Source: an uncultured Coriobacteriales bacterium
GTDB lineage: Bacteria; Actinomycetota; Coriobacteriia; Coriobacteriales; Eggerthellaceae
Assembly (NCBI GenBank): GCA_946892075.1
Contig: CAMPNZ010000001.1
Coordinates: 1,257 to 65,256, forward strand
Length of the DNA stretch: 64,000 nt
Direction of reading: 5' to 3'
This document shows, in pieces, positions 38,087-47,450 of this stretch. The translations under genes were made by a program, and so were the position numbers. Below the pieces are notes generated by a model. That model had not been told where the DNA came from. It saw only the letters and a program-made list of their open reading frames with translations, and did no database searches. Numbering within the stretch: position 1 is the first letter of the stretch; every line of letters begins with the position of its first letter.

Positions 38087-40771
38087 ATGCCCATGAAACC
38101 TTACAATCCTCATGAAATTGAACCTCGCTGGCAACAGAAATGGGCAGACGAGCAGCTCTATTCTACCAAAACACCCGCGTCGGTAACCTCGAAAAAGTAC
38201 ATTCTGGAAATGTTCCCGTATCCATCAGGCGATATTCACATGGGACACGTGCGCAACTACACCATTGGCGACGTTGCGGCTCGTTTCGCGCGCATGCAGG
38301 GCTACACGGTGCTGCACCCCATGGGCTGGGACGCGTTCGGCTTGCCTGCGGAAAACGCCGCCATCAAGCGCAAAAGTCACCCTGCTAACTGGACTTACGC
38401 AAATATCGAAACGCAAAAAGCTTCCTTCAAACGCATGGGATTTTCCTACGACTGGGATAGGAGTGTTGTTGCGTGTGACCCCGAGTATTATCGGTGGGGT
38501 CAGTGGATGTTTTTGAAGTTTTGGGAACGCGGTTTAGTTGAGCGTCGCAAATCGCCGGTGAACTGGTGCCCGCAATGCAATACGGTTCTTGCAAACGAGC
38601 AGGTCACCGAGGGAAAATGCTGGCGTTGTTCCTCGGAGGTTGAAAAGCGAGACCTTACGCAGTGGTACTTCAAAATCACGAACTACGCGCAAGAATTGCT
38701 TGACGATTTAGACAAGCTTACGGGCTGGCCCGAGCGCGTAAAGCAGCAGCAAGCAAACTGGATTGGGCGCTCGGAAGGTGCGGAAATCGATTTCGTATTG
38801 TGCGATGAACAGGGCGAAGCTCCTGAAAATCCCACGGAGGACGACTTCATTACCGTATTTACCACCCGCGCCGATACGCTGTTTGGGTGCTCGTTTTTTG
38901 TGCTGGCGCCCGAGTATGAAGGCTTGGCGCAGCTGGTTGAAAATTCGCCCTACAAGCAGGACGTTTTAGCGCTTGTTGAGCAGTCGAAAAAGGTGTCGGC
39001 GCTTGAACGTGCGCAGGGAAATCACGAAAAGCACGGCGTATTTACCGGGCGTTACGTGGTAAATCCGATTAACGGCGACAAAGTTCCCGTGTGGGTGGCC
39101 GACTATATCGTGGCAGATTACGGTACGGGCGCTGTTATGGCTGTTCCGTGCGGCGATAAGCGCGATTTCGAGTTTGCGCGCAAGTATAACTTGCCTATTA
39201 TTCCTATTATTTTGCAAGAGGACGACCCCTTGTATCCGCAGCTCAAAGACGAGCAGCGTCGTGTTGTGTGCAGTGTCGATTGGCAAGACGCTAACGAAGC
39301 AGAGGGCGTTTTGGTGCAGTCGGGGCCGTATACCGGTTTGCGCGGCGGTAAACATTCACGCGCTGAACAGGTAATGGTTGCCGCGCTTCAAAGCATCGGG
39401 CGCGGACGTCGCAAAGTGGAGTATCGTTTGCGCGACTGGCTTATTAGCAGGCAGCGCTATTGGGGCAATCCGATTCCGGCAATTCACTGTAAGAAGTGCG
39501 GTGTTGTACCTGTTCCTGAGGCCGATTTGCCAGTTATGCTTCCGAAAGACATCAATTTGGCACAAGGCGAAACGCTTGCCACGCATGAAAGTTTTGCTGC
39601 GTGCACCTGCCCGAAATGTGGTGCGCTTGCGCGTCGCGAAACCGATACGATGGATACATTTACCTGTTCAAGCTGGTATTATTTGCGCTATACCGACCCG
39701 CATAATACTCACGCGCCGTTTAATGCGCTTGATGCGAACCGCTGGATGCCAGTTGACCAGTACATCGGTGGCATCGAGCATGCCATTTTGCATTTGCTGT
39801 ATAGTCGTTTCTACACAAAAGTGCTGCGTGATATGGGCTTAGTGTCGTTCGACGAGCCGTTTTTGAATTTGCTGACGCAAGGCATGGTTCTTGACGAACA
39901 CGGCGATGTAATGTCGAAGTCGAAAGGCAATGTTATTGCTCCTGAAGACATGATTGCTTCGTATGGTGCTGATGCTGTGCGCGCATATATCCTGTTCATG
40001 GCGCCGCCCGACAAAGAGTTGTTGTGGAACGAAGACGGTTTGGCTGGTTTGTACAAGTTCTTGAATCGTGTGTGGCGTATTTGTTTCGATTTGTTGCATC
40101 AGGCGGGCGAAAGTTCGCTGTTTAATGTTGCGCAAGCGGGAAAAGCGCCTGATAAGAAGCATGTTCAGGCCTTGGTTGACGAGCTTACACGCAAGCGTCA
40201 CGAGGTTGTTCAAAAAGTAGCAACCGATTTCGAGCGCAACAGTTTTAATACCGCTATTGCAAGTATCATGGAGCTTTTGAACACCGCGTCGGATTATTTG
40301 CACGATGTGCCCGCTGACCAGCGCAATGAGGCTTACGATCGCGAGATTGCATCGTGCATTATTCGCATTCTTGCACCTGTTGCGCCTCATATGTGTGAAG
40401 AGCTGTGGGCGTGCGGTGGCTTTAGTGAGCAAGCGAGTGCGGGTGCTGGTGTTGGTGTGGCTGGTGCTGGTTCTGGTGACGCTGGTGACGCAGGTGCGGC
40501 TGGCAGTGCTGGTGCTGGTGCGCAAGGTGAACAGTGGTCGGTGCATGTGCAGCCATGGCCCAATTTCGATGCAAAGCTTGCCAAGCGTCAACAGCTTGAA
40601 TTAGCTGTTCAAGTAAATGGGAAAGTGCGCGGACGCATAACGGTTGATGCTGATAGCGCAGACGACCTTGTGAAAGAGGCAGCGCTTCGTGAAGTGGCTG
40701 CGTGCATTGACGGACGTCAGCCAAAGAAAGTGATTGTTATCAAAGGCCGCTTAGTGAGCATTGTGCTGTAA
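38087..40771 (+). CDS. leuS: leucyl-tRNA synthetase
   Basis: [16 protein letters not shown] (HIGH), KMSKS-type loop (MSKSKGN), CP1 editing domain; AAAGGA SD; Gly/Ala-rich insertion ([28 protein letters not shown]). Confidence 0.9.
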   Translation: MPMKPYNPHEIEPRWQQKWADEQLYSTKTPASVTSKKYILEMFPYPSGDIHMGHVRNYTIGDVAARFARMQGYTVLHPMGWDAFGLPAENAAIKRKSHPANWTYANIETQKASFKRMGFSYDWDRSVVACDPEYYRWGQWMFLKFWERGLVERRKSPVNWCPQCNTVLANEQVTEGKCWRCSSEVEKRDLTQWYFKITNYAQELLDDLDKLTGWPERVKQQQANWIGRSEGAEIDFVLCDEQGEAPENPTEDDFITVFTTRADTLFGCSFFVLAPEYEGLAQLVENSPYKQDVLALVEQSKKVSALERAQGNHEKHGVFTGRYVVNPINGDKVPVWVADYIVADYGTGAVMAVPCGDKRDFEFARKYNLPIIPIILQEDDPLYPQLKDEQRRVVCSVDWQDANEAEGVLVQSGPYTGLRGGKHSRAEQVMVAALQSIGRGRRKVEYRLRDWLISRQRYWGNPIPAIHCKKCGVVPVPEADLPVMLPKDINLAQGETLATHESFAACTCPKCGALARRETDTMDTFTCSSWYYLRYTDPHNTHAPFNALDANRWMPVDQYIGGIEHAILHLLYSRFYTKVLRDMGLVSFDEPFLNLLTQGMVLDEHGDVMSKSKGNVIAPEDMIASYGADAVRAYILFMAPPDKELLWNEDGLAGLYKFLNRVWRICFDLLHQAGESSLFNVAQAGKAPDKKHVQALVDELTRKRHEVVQKVATDFERNSFNTAIASIMELLNTASDYLHDVPADQRNEAYDREIASCIIRILAPVAPHMCEELWACGGFSEQASAGAGVGVAGAGSGDAGDAGAAGSAGAGAQGEQWSVHVQPWPNFDAKLAKRQQLELAVQVNGKVRGRITVDADSADDLVKEAALREVAACIDGRQPKKVIVIKGRLVSIVL

Positions 40772-40794
40772 CGTTGCGTTTTTGCTGGTGACGC

Positions 40795-40913
40795 GCGCGG
40801 TACGTTTCTGCTCCTTACCAGGTGCGGTGCCGCGTGCTTGATGCGTCTGCGTTGGCGCGTTTGCGCTGGTGGTGGGGCTGTACGCGGTGCGTTTCCGCTC
40901 CTCACAAGGTGCA
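40795..40913. repeat. two about 32-bp direct repeats (about 85% identical) 55 bp apart downstream of leuS
   Basis: gcgcggtacgtttctgctccttaccaggtgcg versus acgcggtgcgtttccgctcctcacaaggtgca. Confidence 0.55.
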
Positions 40914-40998
40914 TTTTACTTTACTGATATTTGGAGTTATAATATATCAGTTATATATTTAAGTAATGAATTTAGCAAAATGTAAGGTGGGGTTTATA

Positions 40999-43900
40999 GT
41001 GAGCAAAAAGCACATAGCACGTAACGTAGTTTCTGCTGGTTTGTGCGCCGTTTTAGTTGGTAGTGGCGTCGCAGTATCGAGCGTTTCATACGTGGCGGGG
41101 GGGGGTATGCCCTCTGCGCTTGCGAGCACACCAGATGAAAACACCCCCATTACCTTTAAGGACAAAAACTTACAAAAAGCCCTGTTAAAGTCATTAATAA
41201 AACAACATTTTATTCAGTCTAGCGCTACTGAGATTACCTATGCGGATGCGAAGAAAGTAACTGAAATGACGGGAGCTTATAATTTATCACCATCAAGATC
41301 AGAGGACATAATAACTGATCTTTCAGGGCTTGAAGAATTCACAAATCTAAAAAAACTTGAGTTTCCGTGCAATCAGATTACCGATTTAACACCCCTTGCA
41401 AAGCTTACTAATCTTGACAGGCTTGTAATGAACATGATTAATAAAAATGGAACAAAGCCGCTTGACTTAACGCCCCTTGCAAACCTTACCAATCTGAAAC
41501 ATCTGGACATAGCAAGTAATCATATTAACGATTTAACACCCCTTGCAAAGCTTACTAATCTTACGTATTTAACTTTTTATAACAACGACATTACATCTAT
41601 TGAACCTCTTAAAAACTTAACATCGTTAAAGGAGCTATATCCAGCTAAAAATAATATTCCTGATATTTCTCCGCTTCAGGGTTTGAACGATGTGAAAGTT
41701 TTCCCGGGCTTTACAGATATGAATATAGAAGTTAGCGTATCTGGTTCGTCTATCGATTTATCGGAACATATTAAACCGTGGGATGGTACTACGATTACTG
41801 AAGTTGATGGTACATATGATCAAAGCACACACACTGGAAAACCTTCGGGGACTAAAAACATCGCAACATTTAAGTTTGCAAATGATGGTAATGTTAAATT
41901 TAATGGTACGATTACCGTAAAATTTACTGGCGAAAAGGAACTTACCTTTCATGATGTAAATTTGAAAAATGCACTCTTTAAGCTCCTTAAATCACAGCAT
42001 ATTATTAAAGATGATGCTACTAAAATTACCGATGCAGATGCACTTAAAGTAACGGATTTATCAGGCCTTGCAGGTTCAGATGCCACCCCAGATAATGAAA
42101 AAATCAAAGATTTAACGGGGCTTGAATACTTTAAGAATGTAACCAAGCTTTCTCTTAGCAATCAAAATATTAACTCGCTTGAAAAAATTGCATCGTTAAC
42201 AAAGCTTGAGGATCTTAATGTAAGCGACAATAAGATTAGTTCCGTTGAGCCCTTGAAAGATCTTTCAGCGTTAAAAAACCTTAATGTAAGTAACAATAAG
42301 ATTAGTTCCGTTGAGCCCTTGAAGGGTCTTTCAAAGTTGGAGAAACTTGACGTAAGTAACAATGCAATAGCTGATGCAACTGAGTTTTCCCAGTTTACGC
42401 TTCCTGATGGCGCAGTTACTTTAACGGGCAATAAAATTGCTGTTCCGTTGCCAGATGCTGTTGCTTCTAAAGTTAACGACGCAACAAAGCAAAGTGTGTC
42501 GGTAGAGGCAAAAGAACTTACTGCTACGCTTGAAGGAAACTTGGTTGGCATTAATCCTGATCCTGATGTTGCTGATATTGCGTGGACTACTGCTCAGCAA
42601 GCAGGCTCCGATATTGTTCCTGCAAAAGCGACACTTACCAAGATACCTGCTAAGCCGAGCGATGTTGCGTTTACTCTTAAAAAGTATAAGTGGGAAGCAA
42701 CCTATCATGTGAATTTCCAAGCTGCTATTGACAAGCTGCATGCAAGAGTGGCTGCTGCCGGTGGTACGCCAGAGCAAAAAGTTCAAGTAGATGGTATGAT
42801 CAATAAAGCCGGCACGAATTTATATAGCATTGAAGTTGCCATTGCTTTGCTTGGGCATGTTCACTCAGGTGATACCCAAACTGACCCTACCATAGAACAG
42901 GGTTCCACCCAGTTAGAAAAGTTGCTTAATGGTGCTGATGGCATAAAAGCGACCGAAAATTATAAGCAGGCTGATGATAACTTAAAATCTGCTTATGACA
43001 AGGCGATTGAAGACGGTCAAAAAGTTTTTGATAAGCTTTCGTCAACTCCTGAACAGGTAAAAGCAGCTGCTGAGGCGATAAAAACTGCACTCAGTGCCCT
43101 TAATGGCGATGCAAATGTTAAGAAAGCAAAAGATGATTTGCAAAGCAAGTTTACCGCAGCTCAGCAGTCGGTTTCTGACTTGCAAGGAAAGCTACAAACA
43201 GCACAACGGCAAGCTGCCGCAGCACAGGCTAAAATTAACGAGTTGAACCAGAAGATTGGTACCCTCAACGGTCAGATCACCACGCTTAATCAGCAGGCAG
43301 AAGCGCTTAAAACAAGCAATACGCAAAAACAAGCAAAAATTGGTGAACTAAGTGCACAAGTGACTCAATTAACGGAACAGGTTGCTCAGCTTACTACCGA
43401 TAAACAGGGATTACAAAATCAGCTTACCGCTGCACAAGCGAGCGTTCGCGACCTTACAACAAAGCTTGATACCGCTAACGGGAAAGTTCAAACGCTTACT
43501 AATGATCTGAATACAGCTCAGCAACAGGCACGCGTTGACCAAGCAACTATTGCTCAAACTCAGCAGAAAGTTACTGAACTAACACAGCAGCTCAGCGCAG
43601 CCACAACCGAAAAACAGCAACTTGTTGCTGATAATACCCAAAAGCAAGCAAAAATCACCGAGCTTACGGGAAACATAACTTCGCTGAACCAGAAAATCGC
43701 CGAACTCCAAGCGCAAATTGAGCAGCTGAAGAAGTCGCAATCGCCGTCCGTTCCCCAGCTGACGCCTCCTTCGGGTATTCCGTCGGTAAGTTCTGAATCG
43801 GGCACGTCAGGTGGAGCATCTTCAGGCTCGCAATCAGGCACTGCGGGCACCGACACAAACAATAACAAAGCCAAAAAAGACAACGGCGACACGCAGCAAG

Positions 43901-44826
43901 CAGATTCGCACGCGATTGACAACTTGCGCCGTTTATGGGGCACTACCGCGTATGACACCATGGAAACCATCAACAAAATGGCGTTCCCGGAAGGTTCGCA
44001 CTACGCGGTGCTTACCACGGGCGAAGGCTACTGGGACGCGCTGTCTGCCAGCGGACTTGCTGGTAAGCTGCAAGCGCCGGTGCTGCTAACGCAAGCGGGC
44101 ACGCTGTCTAAGCAAACGCGCAGCGAGCTTCAGCGCTTGGGCGTTCAAAAGGTATACATTTGCGGCGGTGTTCAGGCGCTTAGTGCAAACGTTGAGCATG
44201 AACTGGAGTCGCTTGGGATTAGCGTCCAGCGCATTGCGGGGCGCAGCGCAAGTGATACCGCAAACGACATCGCGCAGCAGCTTGAGCCAACCGATGAGGC
44301 GTTTTTGGCAACTAGCTGGGGATACGAGGACGCGCTTTCGGTTGCGCCTTACAACTACGCCAACAAAAAGCCGCTGTTCTTAACCGACTACACAACGGGT
44401 TTGCTTGACGAAAACACGCTTGCAACAATGAAAGCGAAGGGCGTTAAGCGTATTCACATTGTGGGTGGAACGGCTGTGGTGCCGAAAGCGGTTGAGGATC
44501 AGTTGCGTGAACAGGGAATTCAGCTTGATCGTATTGCCGGCGAAACCGCTTACGACACGTCGATTGCGCTTGCCGATTTCCTGATGAAGCGCGGCATGAA
44601 GGCAAACGATGTGGGCGTGGCAACAGGCTGGGGCTTTGCCGATGCGCTTTCGGGAGCTACGCTGTGCGGCAAGAATAATGCGATTATGCTGCTGGCCGAT
44701 GCCTCGAATATGCGCGCGGTACACGACGTGATTGCGCCCAACAAATCCGACATCACTAACGCCTATATCTTTGGTGGCGAGAAGGTTGTGGCGTCAACGG
44801 TGTATGAGGCGATTAGCGAGCTGTAG
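40999..44826 (+). CDS. cell-surface protein: signal peptide, leucine-rich repeats (internalin-like), long coiled-coil region, three C-terminal CWB2 (cell-wall-binding repeat 2) domains
   Basis: GTG start after AAGGTGG (ATG 40966 is an alternative); LRR units (e.g. NQNINSLEKIASLTKLEDLNVSDNKISSVEPL); Gln/Ala heptad repeats; three RIAG(x)xxxDT modules typical of CWB2. Confidence 0.75.
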   Translation: MSKKHIARNVVSAGLCAVLVGSGVAVSSVSYVAGGGMPSALASTPDENTPITFKDKNLQKALLKSLIKQHFIQSSATEITYADAKKVTEMTGAYNLSPSRSEDIITDLSGLEEFTNLKKLEFPCNQITDLTPLAKLTNLDRLVMNMINKNGTKPLDLTPLANLTNLKHLDIASNHINDLTPLAKLTNLTYLTFYNNDITSIEPLKNLTSLKELYPAKNNIPDISPLQGLNDVKVFPGFTDMNIEVSVSGSSIDLSEHIKPWDGTTITEVDGTYDQSTHTGKPSGTKNIATFKFANDGNVKFNGTITVKFTGEKELTFHDVNLKNALFKLLKSQHIIKDDATKITDADALKVTDLSGLAGSDATPDNEKIKDLTGLEYFKNVTKLSLSNQNINSLEKIASLTKLEDLNVSDNKISSVEPLKDLSALKNLNVSNNKISSVEPLKGLSKLEKLDVSNNAIADATEFSQFTLPDGAVTLTGNKIAVPLPDAVASKVNDATKQSVSVEAKELTATLEGNLVGINPDPDVADIAWTTAQQAGSDIVPAKATLTKIPAKPSDVAFTLKKYKWEATYHVNFQAAIDKLHARVAAAGGTPEQKVQVDGMINKAGTNLYSIEVAIALLGHVHSGDTQTDPTIEQGSTQLEKLLNGADGIKATENYKQADDNLKSAYDKAIEDGQKVFDKLSSTPEQVKAAAEAIKTALSALNGDANVKKAKDDLQSKFTAAQQSVSDLQGKLQTAQRQAAAAQAKINELNQKIGTLNGQITTLNQQAEALKTSNTQKQAKIGELSAQVTQLTEQVAQLTTDKQGLQNQLTAAQASVRDLTTKLDTANGKVQTLTNDLNTAQQQARVDQATIAQTQQKVTELTQQLSAATTEKQQLVADNTQKQAKITELTGNITSLNQKIAELQAQIEQLKKSQSPSVPQLTPPSGIPSVSSESGTSGGASSGSQSGTAGTDTNNNKAKKDNGDTQQADSHAIDNLRRLWGTTAYDTMETINKMAFPEGSHYAVLTTGEGYWDALSASGLAGKLQAPVLLTQAGTLSKQTRSELQRLGVQKVYICGGVQALSANVEHELESLGISVQRIAGRSASDTANDIAQQLEPTDEAFLATSWGYEDALSVAPYNYANKKPLFLTDYTTGLLDENTLATMKAKGVKRIHIVGGTAVVPKAVEDQLREQGIQLDRIAGETAYDTSIALADFLMKRGMKANDVGVATGWGFADALSGATLCGKNNAIMLLADASNMRAVHDVIAPNKSDITNAYIFGGEKVVASTVYEAISEL

Positions 44827-44939
44827 TGCCTGCTTGTTGGGCTTGCTTGTAGTGCCTGCTTGTAGGGGCGCGTGATGGTTGCTTCGGCGCGCAGAGCGAA
44901 AACGCGTTCCCGTTCGTAAAAGGCGACGAATACATAAGA

Positions 44940-44978
44940 AAGCTTGCAGTTCGTTAAGAGCTGCAAGCTTTTTTAATT
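44940..44978 (+). terminator. rho-independent terminator after the surface-protein gene
   Basis: perfect 10-bp stem AAGCTTGCAG/CTGCAAGCTT, 11-nt loop, then TTTTAATT. Confidence 0.7.
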
Positions 44979-45006
44979 GCACCAAATCCCGTTGATGCTG
45001 CTATAT

Positions 45007-45117
45007 CACGAAGCGCTGCGACTTTAAACTGGTGTTGCTACTTCAAATTGGTGTTGATGCTTCACAAGGCGCTGCGACTTCACGAAGTGTTGCGACTTCA
45101 CGAAGTGTTGCGACTTC
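45007..45117. repeat. complex tandem repeats of 18-19-bp units (cacgaagtgttgcgactt and relatives)
   Basis: direct reading. Confidence 0.6.
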
Positions 45118-45168
45118 GCGTTGATGGCACGACTGCACGAAGCGCCGCACCAAAGCCCGTTGGCGCCG

Positions 45169-45882
45169 CTACTTCTTCACGCGAACAAGCGCTTGGAAGA
45201 TGTCTTTCGTTCGCGCTGGGATTTCGCGCATCTCGTACAGCTGGGCTTTATCGTAGGCGCCCGTATCGGCGCTTAGACCAACACACGACACGCCAAGCAG
45301 CGTTCCCGTGCTTATCGCGCGCGCAAGGTGGAACTTTTGGCTTACGATGATGCATTGCTTAACGTGGTAGCGATGCGCCAGATGGTACATGCTTGCATAG
45401 GTGGTGTAGCCGCGCTCGTCGGCAAGAATGTGCTGGTCAGGAATGCCATGCTGCAACAAATACTGCCTCATCGCAGCCGGTTCATTATAGTGCGCTTCTC
45501 GTCCGTCGCCGCTGACGATAATCGTTGCATCGGGCTGCGCGCGGTACAGCGCAACGGCACTGTCAAGGCGATCGCGCAAAATGGGCGAGGGTGTTTTGTC
45601 GGGATGAACAGATGCTCCCAGCACAAGAATAGCGCGCGAAGGCGAAGGAGCGGCTGCTTGTGCGTTGTTCCGCTGCATGAGGCTGTCGTTTTGGATGTCG
45701 TTTATCGAGTTCAGCGTGTACATATGCGGCAAGCTATAACAAACGGCCGCAAGGTTGGTAACTGCTATGAGGGCGCACATAAGCGCCAGCAGGATAATTG
45801 CCGCGAACGCAATACGCCGTATGCCTTGTTTAACAGGGGGAACGGTAGCATTTTGTGATGTGTGAGATTTCTGCGTACTCAT
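45169..45882 (-). CDS. SanA/YdcF (DUF218) family membrane protein
   Basis: N-terminal TM anchor then DUF218 pattern (ILVLGASVHPDKTPSPILRDRLDSAVALYR...IIVSGDG...). Confidence 0.65.
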   Translation of the reverse strand: MSTQKSHTSQNATVPPVKQGIRRIAFAAIILLALMCALIAVTNLAAVCYSLPHMYTLNSINDIQNDSLMQRNNAQAAAPSPSRAILVLGASVHPDKTPSPILRDRLDSAVALYRAQPDATIIVSGDGREAHYNEPAAMRQYLLQHGIPDQHILADERGYTTYASMYHLAHRYHVKQCIIVSQKFHLARAISTGTLLGVSCVGLSADTGAYDKAQLYEMREIPARTKDIFQALVRVKK

Positions 45883-45963
45883 TGCGAAACTCTTGCACCT
45901 CGATGCTTATAACGCGATACCCATAATACGCTGCCCATAACGCGATGCCCATAACGCATATGG

Positions 45964-45991
45964 CTAATAAAAAAGGCCACCAAAGGCGGCC
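45964..45991 (-). terminator. rho-independent terminator downstream of tRNA-Val
   Basis: minus-strand reading GGCCGCC-ttt-GGTGGCC followed by TTTTTTATT. Confidence 0.55.
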
Positions 45992-46001
45992 TGAAGTTTC
46001 A

Positions 46002-46076
46002 TGGTGGTCGATGCAGGATTTGAACCTGCGACCTTGTGCTTGTAAGGCACCTGCGCTCCCGCTGCGCCAATCGACC
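46002..46076 (-). tRNA. tRNA-Val (anticodon TAC)
   Basis: reverse complement GGTCGATTGGCGCAGCGGGAGCGCAGGTGCCTTACAAGCACAAGGTCGCAGGTTCAAATCCTGCATCGACCACCA folds as a cloverleaf; anticodon loop CTTACAA; encoded CCA. Confidence 0.85.
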
Positions 46077-46314
46077 ATGCGTCTTTCGACGGGTAGTTAT
46101 TTTCTCATAAGCGCGCTTGAAGTGCAAGCATAAATTCCAATTTTTGTAGCATAAGGCGCTGTTTCGCGATTGTGGAGCAGCAAAATAGCGCATTGCGTGG
46201 CTGAATATGGGTGCGGGTTTCTAGAGTTTCTGCAGGTGAAAGCTATATAGCGCTAGAACATTCCGCGCGTGCTGGGTTAGTTTGTTTTTCGCGTGAACGT
46301 GCCGCCGTGTTATT

Positions 46315-46378
46315 ACAGCCCAAGCACAGCCGCGTACCGGCTTTTTACAGCCCAAACACAACCGCGTACCGGCTTTTC
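46315..46378. repeat. 32-bp tandem repeat x2 (acagcccaa(g/a)cacа(g/a)ccgcgtaccggctttt) upstream of the tad locus
   Basis: direct reading. Confidence 0.6.
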
Positions 46379-46384
46379 ACCGCT

Positions 46385-46477
46385 CAACCACAGCCCCGTG
46401 CCGTGTTTCTGCATCCCACACACAGCCCCGTGCCGTGTTTCTGCATCCCACACACAGCCCCGTGCCGTGTTTTCGCC
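46385..46477. repeat. 32-bp tandem repeat x3 (cacacacagccccgtgccgtgtttctgcatcc) upstream of cpaB
   Basis: direct reading. Confidence 0.7.
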
Positions 46478-46580
46478 GTATTTTTGCAGCAAAATGGCGT
46501 GTTATTCGCGTGTTTTTGGCGTCTTTTTCGCGTATTTTGCCTGCCATACTTTCGCCAAGCACTTAAGGAAAGGACGCATC

Positions 46581-47417
46581 GTGCTTAAACGAAAACCATT
46601 ACTTCTTGCGTTGTTGCTCGCAGTACTTGCTGGTGGATGCGCGTTTCTGTTTTTTCAAAATGCGCGTCAATCGGCCGATGCTGCTCATCAGCAGCTTCTA
46701 AGCAAATACGGTGGCGAGCAAGTTGCAATTTGCATGGCGCGTCGGAATTTGGAGCCTGGTGAAACTGTGCGTGCGCGCGACGTGGAGGTAAAACACACGC
46801 TTGCATCGTTGGTTCCTGAGGGATGTTTTACCACGCCAGACGACATAGTCGACAAAACGCTTACCGCTTGCGTTGTAAAAGGCGAAGCATTCGTTAAGCG
46901 CCGTTTTGTTGCTGACGATACGGCAATGCGCGTGCCGCTTGGTTTTGTTGCGATAAGCGTGCCGCTGCGTTCAAGCTCTGTGGCACTTGAGCTAGTAAAA
47001 CCTGGATCTCGCGTGAATGTGTATGCCACGGGCGAGCAATCGAGTGCCCTGTTAGCTCAGCGCGTGTTGGTGCTTGCTTCCGCAAGCGCCAATCAGAAAA
47101 GCGAAAGCGCAGGTGCGCTTGCCTCGTGGGTGGTAGTTGCCGTTCCACAAAGTAAGGCGCAAGAGTTCGTGTCGGCAAGCAAGAAAACGCAGCTAACAGT
47201 TGTATTGCCAAGCTCTGATGAAGGTACGAACGCACCTGAAAATGCTTCGACAAAGGCGCCAGAAAATGCACGTGAACATGCTTCGACTACGGCGCCAGAA
47301 AATGCGCGCGTCAACGAAAATGCACCTGCGCGCGCAAATGCACCAGCGTCCGTTCCCACACGCACACCCGTGCCTGCCCACGCCTTCGCACCTTTGCGTG
47401 CAATCTACCAGCAATAA
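46581..47417 (+). CDS. cpaB: Flp pilus assembly protein CpaB/RcpC
   Basis: GTG start 6 nt after GGAAAGGA; N-terminal TM anchor, SAF-domain-like region (RRNLEPGETVRARDVEV), Pro/Ala/Asn repeat tail. Confidence 0.7.
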   Translation: MLKRKPLLLALLLAVLAGGCAFLFFQNARQSADAAHQQLLSKYGGEQVAICMARRNLEPGETVRARDVEVKHTLASLVPEGCFTTPDDIVDKTLTACVVKGEAFVKRRFVADDTAMRVPLGFVAISVPLRSSSVALELVKPGSRVNVYATGEQSSALLAQRVLVLASASANQKSESAGALASWVVVAVPQSKAQEFVSASKKTQLTVVLPSSDEGTNAPENASTKAPENAREHASTTAPENARVNENAPARANAPASVPTRTPVPAHAFAPLRAIYQQ

Positions 47418-47450
47418 GTACGTTTGTGGTTCTTGATGAAAGGAACGTTT

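Noticed and set aside
40966-40998. ATG 40966 as the start of the LRR surface protein
   Set aside because: No SD precedes it, whereas GTG 40999 follows AAGGTGG at 6-nt spacing and yields a cleaner signal peptide. It is kept as an alternative start.
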